A stretch of 64,000 nucleotides of DNA. Origin: Trichoplax adhaerens (Eukaryota; Animalia; Placozoa). Position numbers and translations under genes: made by a program. The stretch is taken from the NCBI RefSeq assembly GCF_000150275.1, contig NW_002060951.1, positions 188,775 through 252,774 of the forward strand, given 5' to 3'. Below, piece after piece: positions 1 through 13,980 of this stretch; positions within the stretch are counted from its first letter, which is position 1, and each line of letters opens with the position of its first letter. The notes beneath the pieces were generated by a model. It had not been told where the DNA came from. It saw nothing but the letters and a program-made list of their open reading frames with translations, and did no database searches.

Positions 1-504
1 AATATAATATACTAAATATTGAAGTCAGCCAATCTTATTTCGTTATAAAATACCATTTTGCTTGTAAATTGCTGTTATCTGTTAATGATTAACAAGATAG
101 ACAAATTAATCCATATAAATAATTTTTCTGACTAAATCTATTTTAACTTATCTTAGATTTAAAGTCACTGCATTTCTAGAAAGAAAGCTCAGTACATGGC
201 CTAGCTGCTTCTGCATACATAAATCCCTCTTGATAAAATGTTAGTAATTTACCGAAGCTGTTGGATATCGAGCTAATCCTGACTATTGGCTATAAAAAAT
301 TAAGTTTCAACCACGTTTAAATTTTGTTGAAGACTACATGTATTGATTATACTTACATTCAAATCAGTCCGCAAATTGATTTACTTCCAATAAATTCAAT
401 ACCAATCCTATCTTCGCAGATAATCGAAAATAGATTCGATTGCAACTTTTCTATCGTTAATCAAGAGGGCTTTATCGCGATAATTACAACTGATCGAAAT
501 CGCG

Positions 505-3500
505 ATGTTTATTTCTAGTGTTGCCAAGATTCGGCCATCGACGGAAAATGAATCTCCACCTTCATTACAGATTGAGGAAGATTCTATAAAAAGTAAAGAA
601 ACTAATGCCACTCATACCTTCAGCCGAATATATGATGCTGACAGTCAACCCTATCATATCTATCGGGATGCTATATCACCTTTATTGGAAGACTTTATTG
701 CTGGTTATAATGTATGTATTTTACTATTTGGTGAGACAGGATCTGGCAAATCACATGCCTTCGCTGGTAATCATCATGGAGATTCAGTTGGTTTATTTCA
801 GCTCATCATTGATGAGCTATATCAAGAGATTGCCACTTTAAAAACCAATAAAATTCGCGCTAGCTACGATCATGTAGATGGTAATGAATTTTTAGATCAA
901 GCTAGGCCGTCATCAACAGCTAGTCAGCATCAACAATTACAACCCCCTTCTGATGAGTATCATCAACGTCGACGATTATCGCAACAACGCACTTTACCAC
1001 TTTCCCGATCCGGTCAGCGAGTTAAAGATGGATTTATTAAGATATCCATGCAATTTTGCGAGTTATATAATGAAAAAATTCATGATTTACTGCAGCCTAA
1101 ATCTACAACAGCTAAGACTTTGGAAATAAACGAGAGTGAACAAAAAGGGATCCACATTCGTGGTATAACCAGCACTCCCATTGAAGATGCAACCCAAGGT
1201 GTCACATTATTTGAAGAAGCTTGGGCTAGAAGAATCAACGTAGACACAGAATTTGGTCCAAGTAATATTCGCTCATCTGCTATTTTAACTATAACACAGA
1301 CTACGGTAAGATATTGGCGGTATATTCCCAGCTATCATAACGATACGACTAGAGTAAAGTGCAGTTTGATATAATATTTCAAATTCATGACTTTATTATC
1401 TTGTCAATTTATTATATCAATGCATTCACTCAAAATTCACAACTAGAAAGGAGATGCTAATACCATACCCCATAAATCAAAATTAATGTTGGTTGAATTG
1501 CCTGGTGCTGAAAAATTGGCATCAGATCCCAATCATTTGCAAATGAGGGAAGGGAGCAATTTAAACAAATCCCTTATCCACTTTGCATTAGTAGTTAAGT
1601 CATTACTGGATGTGCACCATGTTCCTAATTATAAGTAAGTTAGCTATCTCCATCGAATCTTTTGTAAACCTGATAAGGCAATCATCTACAATTAAGTCTA
1701 CTATGCTATTCTTCAATGCTATGGTCATAATTCGTTCTGAAAACGTTGTTTTCTTTGCCCATTTCTTTCCTCCACGCTGACTACGTAGCAAATCCAAATT
1801 AACTCATTTACTATCAGATGTTCTCGGCGGTAACTGCCAGACTTTGCTCTATGTGACATTGAAGCCTTATGAAACGCCCTATCTACCGACAATTTTGAGA
1901 GCGTGCAACAAAATTTGCAAAATTATTAATTATCCAGTCACCAATGACATCTACGCTCAGGTAGGGATTCAGTAAGATATAATCTCACGCTAGACTGTTA
2001 TTAATGATAATATAAGAGAATGCTGCAGGATTGAACTCTGATTTTACCTAATTTTATACCAAATAATTTATAATCTATTGCTTGGATACGCTATAATACA
2101 TGAGTAGTTAACAACATTCTGAAGTAGGAGCAGCAGGCATAGAAGTCCTCTATCAAAGATTGTTTTTAATATGAATAATCCTTCGTAGTACTAAGAATAT
2201 GACTTATCTTTCTCTCTCTATATATATATAAAACAGGGTCTTATTCGTCTATATCGATGCCAAATAATCAACTTGAGGGATAAAGTCCAAAATATAGAAC
2301 TATCATTAGCTAAAGAAGTTGCTAATGTCAGTCATTTGCAATCGATTGTTGATGAAAATGCAAAGAATAAGCGTTCTGAAAGCCGACAAAGTGATGATAC
2401 TTCTAAAATGGAAGAAATGAAAGAACATATTAAAAAACTAGATCAAGAAAATGTTAGTAATTTTTATTAGCTTAGAGATAATCTAACTCACAGTAAAAAT
2501 TAAGAAATAGTAAATCTATTAACTATAACACATTTGACAGTAGTGAATCTGTTAATAATCGCTATATTACATGCTACTGATTTGCAAAAAATGTTTCAAT
2601 TTTAATTTTACTATGTCAATCTCGAAATTTTGAAATAATATATCACGGTGTATATCTGTTATCCAGCTGCAGCTGCATGATCAAGTAGAAAAACTTACCG
2701 GTAAATTAGATCGCATGCAATCCAGGTATAATGAAGTTTTGAGAGCTAAATCTGTTATATCGTCGCAGTTAATGAAAAAGGATGAAGAAAAGAATAAGGT
2801 TAGGCATTAAATTATACAGCAAAAAATACAACGACAAGATTTCTACTATTTGCTAAATTTATTTTCTGAGTAAACTACTAACTGCAAATATAAACTTTAC
2901 TTGGAACAATGCAATGTGTAACGTAGTTTAAATACAAAGAAGCTGTTGATTAATGTCCTGTAGCAGAGATTTCAGGTGTAAAATCAAGTACCAATCAAAA
3001 CATTATCCGATATAACCTTGATAATTATTAAATCTATACTCGCTCCGGCAGAGATTCTTATGCTTCAATGCCAAACTTTCTTGAATAATTTACACGCGAT
3101 ATTAGGCAATTTGTTATTCAGTAACTTTATCTTTACTTTTAATAACACTTCATCATTAACCTTTAAACTTTATTTAACGTAAAGTATGCTTACTTTTATT
3201 ATGAGTTACAATAATTTTCATTTTATAATCTTAAGTTTACTTTAGACAGTACACATACTCATACAGTAACAGTCAATCGATAAATAACACTTATTAATTA
3301 ATCAATAATACAGATTTATCAAGCATTAATCGATACTAGGATAGAAGTAACCAATTTAAACGACCAAAAGGAAATAGAAGGATCTGCTGACAAGAAAATT
3401 CGTATCAATGAGTTACAAAATAAGTTAACGGATCAAACAACCAAAGCCGACAGGCTAGATAGAGAACTGCGTCATATTAAGCAAGAATTAAATCAAATAA

Positions 3501-6500
3501 AAGATGAACGAGAAGAATTAATAGACGAATATCGAACATTAAAAGCAAATTATCTTACTAAAGAAGCCAATGGGAGGTTAACTGAAGTAAGTAAAGACTT
3601 ATATAATATTATTCATTTAAAAAGTAAGACTTTGTTTTAAATGATGCTAATTAGTCTTTAACTAGTTTAGAAAGCGTTATTTAAAATTGAATCTGATACT
3701 TCTATTTAAAATAGCCCGAGAAAGTAAAAATTAAAGAACTACAAGAAAAAGATAGAACTCTAGAAAAAAGGGTCAATTAAATTTAAAATTGTTAAAGTCT
3801 AATTATTGACTATGAAGCAATAAGAAATGCTCAACTAATTTATTAATATTTCCTATCACGATATAGGTTCGTCAGTCCTATGAGAAAACTATTGAGAAAA
3901 TGCAAGATGAATACGAGGAAGATACTAGGATACTAAATCAAAAAATGTATGTAAGAGTAGCTGTTGAATATTTATATAGTTTTAAGATTAATAACTAAAT
4001 CGTGGATAAATGTCTACTGCGAAATCATATAGGTATTCAATTATGATGGTTTTACATAAAAATTCTGTAACATATTTTTCATGAGATATTATAGAATATC
4101 AATACTTATAAGAAGTATCTTTCTATTCAACCTATAAAACACTTACGAATGACAGGAAAATAAAATCTATATTACACGATATTGTTGATTTCAGTCTGAG
4201 CTTAGAAAGGGAATTAAGTCAGATTAAAAGAGATGTCGCACCCAATAATTCTCATGAAAAGGATAATCACAAGGACAATACTGTTATCGATTCCTCTGAT
4301 ATTGATGGCGACTCTAAAGATTATCAGCAGACTAAGGTAACTTAATGCAGCATATAAATGCTTTAACATCTACAAGACAAAAAAGTATAGATTGGCAATC
4401 ATTTCTTTATTTTTATAATCATTTTGGCTCTATGCAATTAAATCTTTATTCTCGCGTTTACATTTCATAAGTATCGTAAAATAACTAGAACTATTTCGAA
4501 GAAAAATCAGAAATAACCTCCTACTATATTACACGATTTATTTCGTATAGCGTACTTTTTAACTATTAATGAAATGAAATTTGGTCATTTCAGGAGTGGA
4601 TTGAACTAAAAAATCAACAAGAAGAATTACTTGCGAATAATCATCGTCTGAAAATTAAATTAGAAGAAGCAGAGCAAGAATATCGACAGCAACTAGCAAA
4701 ATATGCTGATAATATAGCAGTTAGTCAATACTATTTTGGACAGTGTAATGTAAAATTAATGATTAATCTCAGTTATGAATAGTAAATTTCTCTCACTTGG
4801 ACTAATCTCCTTCACCTAGAAATTAAGCAAGCGTTTAGACGAAGAAAATGGCAATCAAGCATCTTCAGCGACACTGAAAAATCACGTTGATCGAACTGTT
4901 AGTAAATTAGTTGAATCGTATGAAAAACAAGAAAGAGAGGCTAAACAGCACATAACCAATTTAAAGCAACAGTTAATTCGTGCCAACGACAAAAACCGAC
5001 AATTACATATAGCTTACAAGTAAGCCAGTACATCTAGATAGATTTTTCTATCAATCTGCAGACTAAAATAATCTACGATATACTCGTATTTATAATCTCA
5101 GTTTTACTCTTTATAATGCAGATGGATCCCTATAATATACTGCAGTTTGGCAGTCATTTGCATCACGCCAGCTTATAATTAATTCTAAAACTTGCTTCTA
5201 TCAATTAGAGCTGCCAAAAATTCACTGAAACAAAATGATTTGCCAAATGATCTCCCACAATTGGATGAAGAACAATATGCTGTACGTTAGAAAAGTCTTT
5301 TGATCTGTATAAATTACCTTTAGTACAGCTTGACTGGTGTCACAAAACAGCTTTGTAATAAAATAACGTAATGTACGATCAATAAGTCAATTCCTTGAAT
5401 CACGTATCAAGGAACGATATCTGCTCTATCAGAAACACTTTTGCTCTACTAGCAGACTACACAAAGACTGAAACGCCTCGTATTTTACGTTAAACACTAA
5501 GTTTGAGAATTCTCTTTATTGCACGATATACTGCTTTTATATACTACTCCTCAATAGTTCATGAGTCATAGTTAATACAATTAACCTCGGAATCATTTAC
5601 TGAATTAGATATTAAGTTTAGCTACTGCTCCCTTAATGCAGACAACAGTATTTAAGAATATAGACATGTAATGACTAATGCAGAATAGTCAGATTACGAT
5701 ATGTTCTATCACGGAACATTTCCATGATAATTTACAATCTACCATAAGTAAATTACAATCACAAGGATTCGAACTGTAAGTAGATGATTTGCATTCCCTA
5801 TTATAACTATTAATTTCAGTATGTGTATAAGTGTCGCTGTCATAGAAAGTCAGTGCTATATTAAAACACAGTATATCCAAATTAGAAGTTAACTAAATAA
5901 GGATAGTCTAACAGAATTATCCTAACATAGATATTTCTACTGTAATACAGTATTTAACACTGTAACAACTGGTGATTAAAATTTTCGTACATCTGCCGTA
6001 CCAGTATAACTATACTCGTGCAATTTTAAAATATCAGAAATACAAATATTTTAACTTATACCTTAATAAATTATTGCCTTAGATTATACTGATGACTATA
6101 TTAATACTGCTATTATTTAGCCCTATGAAATAAGGCTACTGACCCTCAGCTAGAGCATATCATGAAAGTTTGGATGTACTGTAATGATATCTCTTACCAA
6201 TTTTGTAGATGTTTATCAACATATTATCAACATAATTATTGATCCAATTAATATTTTTAGTTGATTTATATTATGATACACAAGCATTCAGGTTTAAATT
6301 ATCAGTCAATATTAAAATTAACATAATTTATATATAAGCAATGCAAATATCTACGATCACATATTTTATAAATCTTAATAAGTTAGATAGTTCAGTCCAT
6401 AGTGTTATTTAAGATTAATCGGTGTTTATCTGTATATTTTACCGGCTGTAAAGCTACAGTAATAATATATTCTGCAAGTCTTTGTACAAGGTAATTCATA

Positions 6501-7278
6501 AATTGAATTTCATATATTGTCGATCCTAGGTTTCTCCAGTTCCAGAAAGAGACGAAAATGATTCATTCGTTGGGTAAACTAGTAATCAATTAATATTTCA
6601 CTGTAGAAGTGTGAAGTAGGATGATAGGCAATAGATTGATGACGATGCTAGGACATTTAATAAGTCTTAGTCAATAACTTTTTCCATACCAATAGGCCAG
6701 GTTATTATGTAGAAGAAAGCTATTGGAACCTATTGAAAGAGCAAATTCACATTTTTACATCAACTGTCCTAACCGATCTAGAAAAAGAACGAGCAACCTT
6801 GCTATCGAAATATACTGTCGCCTCTGAAGAAGTTGAGCAATGTCATCAATACATTGAAACTCAATTAATCAAGTTAGTTAGCAGATATTTGAATACTTCT
6901 GTAGCTTTCTAGTAAAATAAATGTGCAATGTCCATTTCATTCTTTTACTATCAAAGTACTGCTACGTCTCCAGGCAGAAAGAAGCAAATATCATAGCAAT
7001 CGTCTTTAAACATATTGCTGATGATATAACTTACCATAATTAAGATATAGTAAGTTACTGAAATTTATATTTTATTTTAATTACGGTACATTTTCAGATA
7101 TCAGAAAGAAATTTTAAGGCTAAGGAAATTGATTAATGATTCTGGTGGTAACTCTGGATCGATAAAAGATTTTAATGAAACTCCTCGTCCACCAGGATAT
7201 AGATCTAACCGCCAAGTTAATCCTCATAGCCAAAAGAAACGGAATTTGTCTCCATCAACAACCAACTATGATAGCTAA
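505..7278 (+). CDS. CCDC78: Kinesin motor domain fused to a CCDC78-like (DUF4472) coiled-coil protein; 15 exons: 505-1305, 1447-1634, 1789-1960, 2237-2452, 2667-2798, 3314-3586, 3715-3771, 3867-3946, 4195-4336, 4594-4719, 4820-5019, 5209-5281, 6530-6573, 6696-6872, 7098-7278
   Basis: Kinesin motifs: GYNVCILLFGETGSGKS (P-loop), ELYNEKIHDLL, LVELPGAEKL, NLNKSL, SKLTHLLSDVLGGNCQT. All introns are GT-AG and phase-consistent up to TAA at 7276-7278. The C-terminal segments EEKNKIYQALIDTRIEVTNL and WNLLKEQIHIFTSTVLTDLEKERATLLSKYTVASEEVEQCHQYIETQLIKYQKEILRLRKL resemble CCDC78 as I recall it. The true start may lie upstream, since ttctag at 513-518 could be an acceptor. Confidence 0.85.
5338..5967 (-). 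mobile_element. Solo-LTR-like element family B, copy 1 (630 bp), in intron 12 of the kinesin gene
   Basis: TGTCAC...TGTAACA termini, 5-bp TSD ACTGG on both sides, inverted near-identical copy at 20959-21588. Confidence 0.85.
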
Positions 7279-7857
7279 TCTATAGTAAATAAATCTAAAA
7301 TATCAAAACTTCAGAGTAAATCTTTAACAACAATACCCTGCAATTAACTTTTAGCTGAACAATATAGAATTTTAATAATACGATTAAGCTATTCAGCAAT
7401 GAGAATCAATAAAATTTAAAATTTTAAATGTTTATGCAAGATTCTGACCAAATTTTTGATCAAAAAATTGGCTGATAAAAGAATTATTTCTTGTATCATT
7501 ACAACTATGTCTACTATAGCTTTCGTTTATCTACTTAAGCTAACTTCGATAAATCATTCTATAGTAATTTATTTAAATACATTTATTTAGAAATAGGATG
7601 AAATCGCTATTACGATCTTTATTGCTTATTGAATGCTTTTTACATAATATATGTTAAATAAAATAATCCATACACTAATTTTAGTCTAGTCGGCTTCTAG
7701 AAAAATATTTTATAATATAAATATACGCGTGCTTATCAACATGTATTTTACTAACACATTTGAGCTTTATAACAAAAATTACTAGAATTGAAAAACGATT
7801 AGAATTATTAGAATAAATGTTTTGATGTCAGATACTGGCTATAAATATGTTGGCGCT

Positions 7858-8298
7858 TGTCACGGTACGAACTACCGTGAAGAAATAGATATCTAAATTT
7901 GGTTAATATAATATAATGATATTATATTACAACTAGTTACTTACAATAGGAATTACTCTAATTATAAATGTGTTACAGTAAATTTAATGCTGTGCTGTAA
8001 TGTGCTCTGAAATGATTCTGTGAATGGACATATTGTAGTCCGACTGTGAAAAATTAGTTAGTAGATGTTCTCACCCAAGTATTTTTATAAGATGACTTGT
8101 GAATGTTAGCTGCTGTAGAAGGGTATATAAGCCCGTCAGATATCTGAATAAAGCAGTTCTCAATTGTATAGTTGTTTTAACGTAGAATTAAAGGCGTCTA
8201 AATTCTTGTGAGGTAGTTAAGGGATACTGAATCCCAGAGACTATAGTAATTTAGAGATTTGTTTTACGTTATCCTTGTCACGAAGCTGGTTTGTGACA
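7858..8298 (+). mobile_element. Solo-LTR-like element family A, copy 1 (441 bp)
   Basis: TGTCAC...GTGACA termini, 5-bp TSD GCGCT, internal TATATAA box (about 8124) followed by AATAAA (about 8147); two further copies in the window. Confidence 0.9.
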
Positions 8299-10599
8299 GC
8301 GCTACTTATAGAAGTTATTACAAAATTTTGTTTAAAAATCTATTGGAATTGTAGGAAATGATTGTATTATTTGAGTGATAAACATGTTATTCAACCTGTT
8401 AGAATTTTACTAGAAATTCGTACATTAGATCTATAGACTGTCCTTTTATAGCAGTTTTTGGTTACTTCATGCTGTAATTAGCCACATCTAACTCAAAGTA
8501 GCTAAGAAGAATCCAATAAAATATAGCAACGCGTTAATCTTTTAAAATTATTACTTTTAGCAGTGTTTTATAGACTTCAGAACTTGTTTTATTAACAAAT
8601 TTACTAATATAGGCATATATTACGGTCAAATTTACCCAATCGATTTTTATATTCTTAGAAATTTATCAACTTGCGAAGCTCAAAAATCCAGCAGCAAATC
8701 TCAAATATATAATCTGTCATTTTCTGAATCTATCGTTTCTCAAATGGTAAATAAATTTGCCAAATACCACTAAAGTAGAGATTGAAGCGTATCAAAATAC
8801 ATGCACCTCAGGATTCTTTTAAATTATTTGTATTATCAATACGCTTTAGTTCCAATGGATCCACAATATATATGGTAGACAACGTATTGCTATTACGCTA
8901 GTACACACCATGCAAGTTCTAAATATAATGATAGTACCTTTACTCTGGTGTTCACTTGAAAATAAATAAGCAGTTCATCTTCCTATTATTTACCAGTACA
9001 ATATTCAATTAACCTAGCACTCGATAATTAAGCTCGACAGAGACACTCATACAATTATTAATAGATGATACAATATATATTTAATACATAAATGAGCGCA
9101 ATAATTTTCAATATCACGTGGCTAAAGGATTATTCGATCTATTTAGACCAGAATAAACTCGTAACATCAGTTTAAATCTGAAAATTTCAGATATGGCTAA
9201 TGTAAGGTATTGATTTGTAATTACAGTCGCAGTAAATTTTCAACAATTTCAATCTAGCTCAATACTAAATTGATTCATTTTAGTAGCTATAATGCAAGTT
9301 TCAGGGTAAAAATTGACTTCTATTTAGTATGTTGCATCTTTTTATTATGGCAATACGACTATCAAATAGATAAATGGATATACTATAGCGGAAGATCTCA
9401 TATAAACTAGCACTGGCTATAAGATTAATCTTAAAACTGAAATGAAGACTCTACAATAGGGTAGAAATTTCATTTCCAGAATAGGATATAAATTTATGCG
9501 TTAATTAAATCGATTCTATCACCAGATAAAGCGCATAAGTTATAAAATTTTTGAAGTATCGACTTCAACTTGACAATTACATTTTTCGCTATTTCTACAT
9601 GTCATATCGACGATTAGTGCCTTGACTTTGAAGTAGATGACAGAATACAGTCAAGCATATGATGATAAAGTCATTAACCCTTTAACTAAGGCTAAGTTCA
9701 AATATGACCGCAACTTAATGATCGCAATCAATAAAATTAGGTTAAACCGGTATCCAACAGGCTCATCATAAATTTTAATTAATCGATTATTTTCAAGTAT
9801 GAGTATATGATAATCGATTTATATTCAATTAATTTTGAGCTCAAACAATCTTACTAAATGGGTTATTGATGTAAAAATTACAACTGGTATTTGTTTCCAT
9901 CAAATAAGTGTTATAACTCTATGCTCTTCAGGTTATACTTTTTGCCGGTACCAAATGGATTATTATTCTGTTGATAATAATCATCAGCAACGTATCTTCA
10001 TGAAATGGACTATTTATGTGAAAATAACATTAGAACTATTGATCATTATTTGTTAGCATGACTAGATTAGTATTCAATTTTCAACTAATTTAATTAAACT
10101 ATATTGTATTGAAAGTAAATTTCGATTCATGTTCCAATATCACCAATAAAGCTGAGCTCCAACTTATCTAATTCCAATAATATTTGAATGATGATAGTAT
10201 ATTAGTCCATTGATTAGCATATTTGATCCTTTAAAATATCGAATAAAGTTGTTTTAATCTACTAACTAGTATGAACTATAACCAAGATTGATCCTGGAAG
10301 ATAGATTAATTTATCAGGTCAACGTATGATACGGCTTCCACGATTGTATCATCGAAAACTTAAGAGGTAAAACTGAATAATTTTGCTACTGTACTATCCT
10401 AAACAAATTCATCACTAGAAGATTGTCAGATGGATAGTAAATATCGATTGCTTTGGTTATATCCAGCTTGAGTTAGTGGTACGGTATGAATTTTCTAAAT
10501 TAAAATTTTAATCATTTGAAATGGATGTGGATAAATCTATATGGGTTTAATGTCTTGATAGCTGCCAACAGGATAAAAAAGGTCATTAAACTATTATTT

Positions 10600-13500
10600 T
10601 TAATGATTTTGTACCACGTTAGGACGACAGGAGATAAAATATAAAGCATTATCTAACAAGTATTCGTCCCAAGTTAGTATCCTAGAAAAATTAGTTGAAG
10701 AGAAATCAATGTTAATAAATAATTACAGTTAGGATGGTATAATACCATCAAGGGGAATGACCGATTCCTCGGATTGACCGTAACAGTAAAACATTAATTT
10801 TATCATCATTTGACAAGAATAAGAAATCAGATGCTCGAACTTAACATAATTAGAGCACTCGAAAATAATTTTATCATGCATGACGTAGAATAGTGCACTA
10901 TTGATGCTAGAGGTCAAAATAGATACGTAACTCAGATATCAGGATATGGTTAGCTCATTATTCTTTGGTTGGTAGAGATAATGTCTATGTAAATACTACA
11001 ACTGTTACCATGCTGGGATACATATAATTATAGATGGTCCGCTGTAAACTTTGTTACTAATAATTTGAATAATCGCAAAATAAGGTGTAATGTTATCATG
11101 CTGATTGAAGCTGTATATATACTATAAAGAGTATAAAAAGTAGACAACTGTAGATTATTTAGTAGTTCTGTCTATGAGTCTTTGTAGTGGTTGTATTCGA
11201 GCTAAAGTAGAGCTATTTGTAGATTATCTTACTACAAAGGTCTAATAAAGTTCTAATTTTCAACAAATATTGGAATTTCATGAGCGGTTTTTATCACAAT
11301 ATGTTTATAATATTTGAAGATCTTAATGGAAAATAATCAATAATGAGAATATTAAAACAGTTTTCATTAAGCTGAAAACTAGAATAACTCTAGAAATGAT
11401 TCTAAAAGTAATAAATAATAGTTAAAATCAACCACAATAGATACAAATAAGTAATTAAAATTCTTACCCATTTCTATCAGAATCACCCAGCATCAAGTAA
11501 TGAATATGATATTCAACATGGCCGGGTAACTCCTGCTCCACCTTATCTACATTCCTAAATGATCATATCATGGTATAGGATCAGAATTTTAGTTGATATT
11601 AAATTATATAAAATGATCGAGACAGATTTACCAGTATTGCTTTCCTAATAGTTTAGAAAACCAATGTGAGAAAGTCCTTTTAGCTTCAACAACTGTAATG
11701 ACACCATCTTTATCGAGATCAATGGTTTGGAATGCATCTCGGGCACGCTCAACTTCTCGATTAGTTAACATGGATAGCAAGAATTCCTAATATTTATCCA
11801 AAAAAGACATTTGTAATCATTGATAAACAATGGAACTATAAATAGACGACGTTATATTAATGATTACCAGAACTAGAAATCTCATATTGTCTTATGGACT
11901 AACCTTATCTCGTTTTGCTAATTTCTTAACAGCTTCAGCATTAAGAAATTCCCACCAATCCAAAGTACCAGATGAATTCTTATCCATCAATCGAAACTAT
12001 AATAAATTATTAGCAAGACGAATCTAATTATCTGCAATCAAACAAGCAAACTAAAATAATTGAAACTTTATACGTGTATCAACAATCCATGAAGTAGAAA
12101 GTAGTAGCATTTACGGATTTAACCAATTCTCTAATTGATGGGATTTACTGTAAAAGCTGTAAAACTTGAATTATATTGCTTTTTAAGCCTCTTCTACATT
12201 ACTATTTATTTTACTTAATAGTGAATTACTTTTTCCTGATGATATTTCTCTTCTACTTCTGTCCATTTCTCTCTTTCTTTCTCGTATTGCGCTTTAGTTG
12301 CTTTCATATACTCTTCCAAAGTTACCGTGGAGTCTAGTTTATTGAGCATTAATTGAGAACAGTCTCAAATCTGTCTGATAATCTATACAAGCGCTTTAAC
12401 TTTGAAATACCTTGATCAATATCCAGTTGCTGAAAGTGATCAATCAATTCCTGCATCTCATCCTCTTCAAGCAAGAAATGGATATTCTCCTAAAGAGGAA
12501 TTTTTGATTGAAAATAGCTCAAAAATAAATTTAATTAGGGGAGTAAAAATAACCAATGGTGCCAAATTTTATCCTTCCTGTCTAGAAAAACTTGATAACT
12601 AATAACTGATCGAGAATTAAGAGACATTATAAAACTTACACATTTCGGACAACTCCAGCGAAAATTTTTGGCATTATATAATAATTCTGGAGTAGCTCCT
12701 TCTTTGCATTCTCCTAGTTTATTTAAGCATTGTTCGTGATAGACTCTTGTACATATCCGACACGGATATAATTCACTGTTGGCAACATTGTACACATTGC
12801 ATACGGCACATGAAGTATCTGCTAGAACCTATATCACATTTTTCATAAATAGGTGAGATAGATACCATAAAGCAGCGTTTCTGCAGACGATCATTTTCTA
12901 AAGTCAATTAATACAACATAGTGGACACTAGCGATCACACTANNNNNNNNNNNNNNNNNNNNNNNNNNNNNNNNNNNNNNNNNNNNNNNNNNCGATTATG
13001 TATGTCAAATTAGCTTTTGGAAGCTCAGTAGTAACACCGTGATCTAAGCATAAATCAAATGTGCCAATTTTTAATGATTTCTTCCTAGATAGCATGGCAG
13101 CCCTTAAATCATCGTCGAGAGTTGGATCATTTGCTTTCAGCCTAGCCCAAGCTTGATTAGAATCTTGATAAGTTACTTTATCGCCATTACTAGAATCGCG
13201 ATCGTTACCGTTATGATTACCGGCATCTAACAAATATCATGAACATAATTGCTGTATTAGTTTTACCATTTTTCTCATTAAAGTATCTTATCCGCGTTAC
13301 AAATTTATCAAATATCTCGGCAATTATTTTAAATTATACCACTATAGAAACTATTTAAACGTGATATATTAATTACATCGTTTCCATCAGCGAAATAGAT
13401 CATTCAGATTTCAAGTTATTAAACAACTTTTAATATTTAAATCGTTACTGGTACGACTCAAAGTATTTACGAATATCGTCATCTACAAGTAATATTATTA

Positions 13501-13980
13501 TTTCTATTGCCATCGGCATCAAGGCGTCAAGTGCAAATTATCAAACATCTCTCTATTTCAATTAGTATTACTAGAAAAGCTCTCGTATATTAGATTAGTG
13601 TTACTAATTTTCTTATCACCATAAATCATAAATTTCGCAAATTATTAAATATCTATATGACAGTTTCAAGCTATGCAGTAAGAATTTTTTAGATAGATCA
13701 CCCCAGCTTGTTTTTATCGTCATTAAAGATGATCAAACTCATAAGCAATTACAATATTTCGAAATGTAGTATTAACAGCAAGGCAGCCAAAACTGTTACA
13801 TAACTTGCCTTGATGAACATTCTCATCATGATGAGGTAAATGATCGTTATTTTCTTTGTCTTCTTCGCCATTGACTGGTAATTTACGATGAGATCCGCTA
13901 TTCTTCATATTGTTGGTCGCAACTGCAGTAGTAGCAGCCTGTACCATTTTATTGCGATTACGACCAAAAACTATTCCCAT
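10600..13980 (-). CDS. PHF24: PHF24/GINIP-like protein (N-myristoylation motif, PHD finger, four EF-hands); exons 13980-13809, 13226-? (3' end unresolved, next to gap), 12828-12640, 12489-12411, 12333-12230, 11996-11904, 11786-11632, 11554-11468, 10681-10600
   Basis: N-terminus MGIVFGR..KMVQAATTAVA; PHD CAVCNV..LYPCRICTRVYHEQCL..WSCPKC followed by ENIHFLLEEDEM; LLSMLTNREVERARDAF; HWF; terminal LTWDEYLLDNALYFISCRPN. All are colinear with PHF24 as I recall it. Exons 3-9 are phase-consistent up to TAA at 10600-10602. Confidence 0.85.
10880..11298 (+). mobile_element. Diverged LTR-like repeat family C, copy 1, in the last intron of the PHF24-like gene (5' boundary uncertain)
   Basis: Colinear similarity to about 40400-40804 (shared AGGATATGGTTAGCTCATTAT, GCTGTAAA, GAGTATAAA, GTTCTAATTTTC, TTTTATCAC end); TATA-like motif followed by AATAAA; no clean TSD. 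Confidence 0.55.
12943..12992. other. Assembly gap (50 N)
   Basis: Run of N inside the PHF24-like gene. Confidence 1.

Noticed and set aside
5689-5880. Near-identical ORFs 5689-5880 (-) and 21046-21321 (+)
   Set aside because: They lie inside family B solo LTRs, start at TTG and have no recognisable domain; the similarity comes from the repeat
12402-12602. + strand ORF, and similar ORFs at 46052, 605, 60853 and 59663
   Set aside because: Antisense or alternative-frame shadows of real exons
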